From Candidatus Ratteibacteria bacterium (lineage in GTDB: Bacteria > Ratteibacteria > UBA8468 > B48-G9 > DTJG01), in the NCBI GenBank assembly GCA_049971295.1, contig JBMFLH010000015.1:1-29961 (forward strand): a stretch of DNA of 29,961 nt. Reading direction: 5' to 3'. Positions 26,328 to 29,961 of this stretch are shown piece after piece. How positions within the stretch are numbered: the stretch's first letter is position 1; the number at the start of each line of letters is the position of its first letter. The notes under the pieces were generated by a model. That model was not told the DNA's origin and did no database searches. It worked only from the letters and a program-made list of their open reading frames with translations. The position numbers were made by a program, and so were the translations under genes.

Positions 26328-27524
26328 TTATTGTTTTTTTGACTCAAGTTTTTGAATGAGTTGCGGGATAACCTCAAAGATGTCGGCCACTATTCCCAAA
26401 TTTGCCACCTTGAAAATAGGAGCATCCGGATCTTTGTTTATTGCGATAATGTAATCAGAGGTTGACATACCAGCCAGATGCTGAATCGCTCCAGAAATAC
26501 CACAGGCAATGTAAATTTTTGGTTTGACTGTTTTTCCTGTTTGTCCAACCTGGTGTGGATATGGAATCCAGCCAGCATCAACAGCAGCGCGAGACGCGCC
26601 CACTGCTCCACCAATCAGCGAGGCGAATTTCCTTATCATATCAAAGTTCTTTTCATCTCCAAGACCCCTGCCGCCTGAAACAATAATCTCTGCTTCCTGA
26701 AGGTCAATCGTCTGTTCCACTGCCTCTTTTGAAACAAGGTCAACACGGCATGTTGCATTAAATGAGTCATAATCTTCTTTCACGATCACCCCATCCCTGT
26801 TTCCAATCACTTTTGCTTCCTCAACTGCCTTTGGTCTGATTGTTGCCATTTGAGGCCTGTGGTTTTCGCATATAATTTTTGCCATCAGATTTCCGCCATA
26901 CGTTGGTCGAATTTGTTGAAGAAGTTTTGTTTCAGGGTCAATGGCAAGATCTGTGCAATCAGCTGTCAATCCTGTTTTTATCCTTGCTGCTGTCTGTGGG
27001 ATGAAACTTCTTCCAATCATTGTGGCAGCGGCAAGAACAATGTTCGGTTTGTGCTTTTTTATCAATTCTGCCATCAGGCAGACATAAATGTCCTGCCTGA
27101 ATTCATCAAGGTTTTCTTCCTCAACAAGATAAACCTTTTCGCAACCACGGTTGAAAAGTTCCTGAGCCATCTCTTTCCCATTTGAAGCAAACACTACCCC
27201 GCAAACTTCTTCCTTCAGTGTTTCTGCCAGTTTTAACGAAATACCAAGAAGTTCATACGCAACATGAGAAAGTTTTCCATTTTTCTGTTCAGCAAAAAAC
27301 CATATCCCTTTGTACTGACTTAAATCAATCTCTGCCTTTTTCTTTTCCTCACCGATGATTTCAATCGCACCTTCTGGACATTCATTCACGCACAATCTGC
27401 AGAGATTACATTTTTCAGTAATAAACGCCTTGCCGTCGTTATCAACTTCAATTGCTCCAACCGGACATACATCAACGCATATCTTACAACCAGTGCATTT
27501 TGCTTTATTAACCTTTATTTCCAT
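26328..27524 (-). CDS. etfA: Electron transfer flavoprotein subunit alpha with an N-terminal 2x[4Fe-4S] ferredoxin domain
   Basis: CTGCKICVDVCP and CNLCRLCVNECP, then TGLTADCT, RPTYGGN, IVSGGRG, GASRAAVDAGW, QVGQTGKTV.P and GISGAIQH. Confidence 0.95.
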   Translation of the reverse strand: MEIKVNKAKCTGCKICVDVCPVGAIEVDNDGKAFITEKCNLCRLCVNECPEGAIEIIGEEKKKAEIDLSQYKGIWFFAEQKNGKLSHVAYELLGISLKLAETLKEEVCGVVFASNGKEMAQELFNRGCEKVYLVEEENLDEFRQDIYVCLMAELIKKHKPNIVLAAATMIGRSFIPQTAARIKTGLTADCTDLAIDPETKLLQQIRPTYGGNLMAKIICENHRPQMATIRPKAVEEAKVIGNRDGVIVKEDYDSFNATCRVDLVSKEAVEQTIDLQEAEIIVSGGRGLGDEKNFDMIRKFASLIGGAVGASRAAVDAGWIPYPHQVGQTGKTVKPKIYIACGISGAIQHLAGMSTSDYIIAINKDPDAPIFKVANLGIVADIFEVIPQLIQKLESKKQ

Positions 27525-28309
27525 TATGCTACTCCCAGTTTTTTCAGTTCCTGATAAATCACTTCTGCAAGTTGTTCTGGTTCTCCTGAAACAATTTTTC
27601 CTTCTTTTTTTACCTCAGGTCTCCATATTTCAACGACCTTTGTCGGAGAACCATCCTGACCATATTGAGTGTCATTTCCGCCAATATCATTTTTTGTCCA
27701 TACAGGAATTGTGGCTTTTTTTGCCTTCAGCATCCCTTTCAAAGAGGGTAATCTCGGTTCATTGATTTCTTTCACCACTGTGATAGCAACAGGAAGCGGA
27801 GATTTTAATGATTCATAATGGTCTTCAAGCAACCGAACGCACTCTAATTGATTTTCAGAGATATTGATAATCTTGCTGACATAGGTAATAATCGGAATTT
27901 CCAGGTGTTCAGCAAGTTCTGGTCCAACCTGTCCTGTGCTTCCATCCATTGCTTCTCTTCCACACAAAATTATTGAAAAATCTCCGATTTTCTTTATTGC
28001 CTGGCTCAAAGTATAAGATGTAGCGAGCGTGTCGCTTCCTGCAAATGCTCTGTCGCTTAATAGATACGTCTCGTCAATGCCAAGTGATATTGCTTCTTTT
28101 AGCACTGCCTCTGCCTGCGGAGGTCCCATTGATATTGCAACAGTCGTACCGCCAAATCGCTCTTTCAATCTCAATGCTTCTTCAACAGCGTAGTAATCGT
28201 ATGGATTCATAATACTTGGCACGCCTTCTCTCACAATTCTTTTTGTTTCAGGATCAACCTTTACATCCATTGTGTCAGGAACCTGTTTGATACATACGAT
28301 GTATTTCAT
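27524..28309 (-). CDS. etfB: Electron transfer flavoprotein subunit beta (FixA family)
   Basis: VCIKQVPD, MNPYD..AVEEAL, SMGPP, DRAFAGSDTLATS, DGSTGQVGP and INEPRLPS. GGAGG RBS. Confidence 0.95.
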   Translation of the reverse strand: MKYIVCIKQVPDTMDVKVDPETKRIVREGVPSIMNPYDYYAVEEALRLKERFGGTTVAISMGPPQAEAVLKEAISLGIDETYLLSDRAFAGSDTLATSYTLSQAIKKIGDFSIILCGREAMDGSTGQVGPELAEHLEIPIITYVSKIINISENQLECVRLLEDHYESLKSPLPVAITVVKEINEPRLPSLKGMLKAKKATIPVWTKNDIGGNDTQYGQDGSPTKVVEIWRPEVKKEGKIVSGEPEQLAEVIYQELKKLGVA

Positions 28310-28321
28310 TTTGCCTCCGGA

Positions 28322-28594
28322 TTATAGTTTGTTGAGGAGAATCAAAACGCCAGAAACAATCAAGATAATTGCGGCAATAGAGTGGATAACGTTGACCGGA
28401 ACAATCTTTTGCAGGTAATTGCCAAGGAGACAGGCAACAAATGTACTCAAAACAAAGGCAATCATTGCTCCAAGAAAAACAGGTACAATTGATGTACTTT
28501 TTGCACTCAAAGAAAAACAGACCAGTTGAGTTTTGTCTCCAATTTCAGCAAGGAAAATCGTTGCAAAGGCAACCCAGAATATCTGCCAATTCAT
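28322..28594 (-). CDS. TMEM165/GDT1 (UPF0016) family half-size cation (Ca2+/Mn2+) transporter
   Basis: A single FLAEIGDKTQ signature and three hydrophobic helices in 90 aa. Confidence 0.9.
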   Translation of the reverse strand: MNWQIFWVAFATIFLAEIGDKTQLVCFSLSAKSTSIVPVFLGAMIAFVLSTFVACLLGNYLQKIVPVNVIHSIAAIILIVSGVLILLNKL

Positions 28595-29943
28595 TTCATT
28601 GTTTCCTCTACTTTTGAAAGAAATTGTTTTTTAATTTCTTCCAGAGATTTTTCTGTTGTTCCTTCCACGCGAAGAACAATTGCTGGTTGAGTATTTGAAA
28701 CCCTCGCCAGAGCCCATCCATCAGGGAAATACACTTTTACCCCATCAATTTCTGAAACCCTGTATTTCTGTTTATAAAAATTTTTCAGTTGTTCAACGAT
28801 ATCGTATTTTTTTTGTTCTCCGACCTCAATTCGTATTTCAGGGCTTGAATAATATTTTTTCTTTCCTTCAAGCAGTTGTTCTGGTTTTTTACCTATTCTG
28901 TCCATAATTCTCAAGAGTCGCAAACACGCATAAAAGGCATCGTCAAATCCAAAATATTCATCAGCAAAATAAATGTGACCTGAAAGTTCTCCGCCAAGGA
29001 CCGCGTGTTCTTCCATTAATTTCGCCTTGATCAGAGAATGGCCTGTTTTCCACATTAACGGAATCCCTCCTGCTTTTTTGATTTCCTCTTCAAGGGCAAG
29101 CGTGCATTTCACATCAAATACGATCTTTGAACCCTTCTTCCCCCTCAAAATATCCAGCCCATAAATCATGAGAAGCTGGTCTCCCCAGAGAATTGAACCA
29201 TCGCTCCCAATAACGCCGATTCTATCTCCATCACCATCAAAGCCGAACCCAGCATCAAGTTTTTGTTCTTTCACAAGTTTTATCAAATCAATAAGGTTTT
29301 CAGGTACCACAGGGTCAGGAAGGTGATGAGGAAAATTGCTATCACTTTCAAGATACAGTCCAACAAAGTCAATTCCAAGAGAAGAAAACAGTTTTTTTAC
29401 AAAAGGACCGGCAGTGCCATTTCCAGTGTCAACTCCAATTCTTATTTTTGAGGAAAAACTAAATCTTTCCTTCATGAAATTGATGTATTCCTGCTCGACC
29501 TCTATGCGTTTTGTGCTTCCAGAACCAGATACAAAATCTTCTTTTTCAATGATATCAGCAATCTGCTGAATTTTTTCTCCGTGAAGACCTGTTTCTCCAA
29601 GTACAAGTTTAAACCCATTAAATTGAGGCGGATTATGGCTGGCTGTGACCACGGCGCAGGCATCAAGTCCATAATGTTTCTGCGCAAAATAGGCAACAGG
29701 TGTTGGGCTCATACCAGCATCCAACACTTCTATGCCTGCCTTCGTCATTCCTTCTATCAGATGGCTTTTCAAGTCAGGAGATGTTTTTCTGTTGTCGCAG
29801 GCAACAACGCAATTCTTCAGTCCTTCCTTTTTTACTTTTGTTCCAAAAGCCCTACCAAGAATGAAAGCAAATTCATTATTAATCTGGGTTTCCACAATTC
29901 CCCTAATGTCGTATTCGCGAAAAACAACCCTGTCAATTTTCAT
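28591..29943 (-). CDS. algC: Phosphomannomutase/phosphoglucomutase
   Basis: FREYDIRG, phosphoserine loop TASHNP, metal loop FDGDGDR, KTGHSLIK, GELSGH and R.SNTQP. Confidence 0.93.
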   Translation of the reverse strand: MKIDRVVFREYDIRGIVETQINNEFAFILGRAFGTKVKKEGLKNCVVACDNRKTSPDLKSHLIEGMTKAGIEVLDAGMSPTPVAYFAQKHYGLDACAVVTASHNPPQFNGFKLVLGETGLHGEKIQQIADIIEKEDFVSGSGSTKRIEVEQEYINFMKERFSFSSKIRIGVDTGNGTAGPFVKKLFSSLGIDFVGLYLESDSNFPHHLPDPVVPENLIDLIKLVKEQKLDAGFGFDGDGDRIGVIGSDGSILWGDQLLMIYGLDILRGKKGSKIVFDVKCTLALEEEIKKAGGIPLMWKTGHSLIKAKLMEEHAVLGGELSGHIYFADEYFGFDDAFYACLRLLRIMDRIGKKPEQLLEGKKKYYSSPEIRIEVGEQKKYDIVEQLKNFYKQKYRVSEIDGVKVYFPDGWALARVSNTQPAIVLRVEGTTEKSLEEIKKQFLSKVEETMK

Positions 29944-29961
29944 TGAAATTTCCTTTTTTGG

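Noticed and set aside
1..29961. CRISPR arrays, tRNA/rRNA genes, transposases, integrases, prophage or defence genes, programmed frameshifts and recoded stops
   Set aside because: I saw no spaced direct repeats, tRNA arms or corresponding protein motifs, and all main genes are intact under the standard code. This was checked by eye only.

Overview
An AT-rich, very gene-dense bacterial region, probably from an anaerobe. A PVC-superphylum relative such as Omnitrophota is suggested only by the DUF1549/DUF1501/PPC cluster, so the taxon is an inference. From left to right the window holds: (1) about 230 nt of non-coding sequence that folds into a multi-branched structure on the + strand and is truncated by the window edge; (2) a minus-strand lsrF, divergent rpe-like epimerase and stand-alone SDR operon; (3) a divergently transcribed, complete V/A-type ATPase operon (H-C-I-K-F-E-A-B-D) with a universal stress protein gene attached; (4) a minus-strand operon of DUF1549/1553, DUF1501, a PPC-domain protein and a Rid/chorismatase-like protein, in which the usual CxxCH heme motif and Tat signal are missing; (5) a DUF362 Fe-S protein, a LeuT-like NSS transporter and a 31-aa membrane peptide missed by the ORF track; (6) an alpha/beta hydrolase divergent from a URO-D-fold protein, followed by two tandem DUF4139 paralogs; (7) PMM/PGM, a half-size GDT1 protein, etfB and a ferredoxin-fused etfA. 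I found no tRNA, rRNA, CRISPR array, transposase, integrase or intein. Family calls come from motifs recognised by eye, not from database searches.
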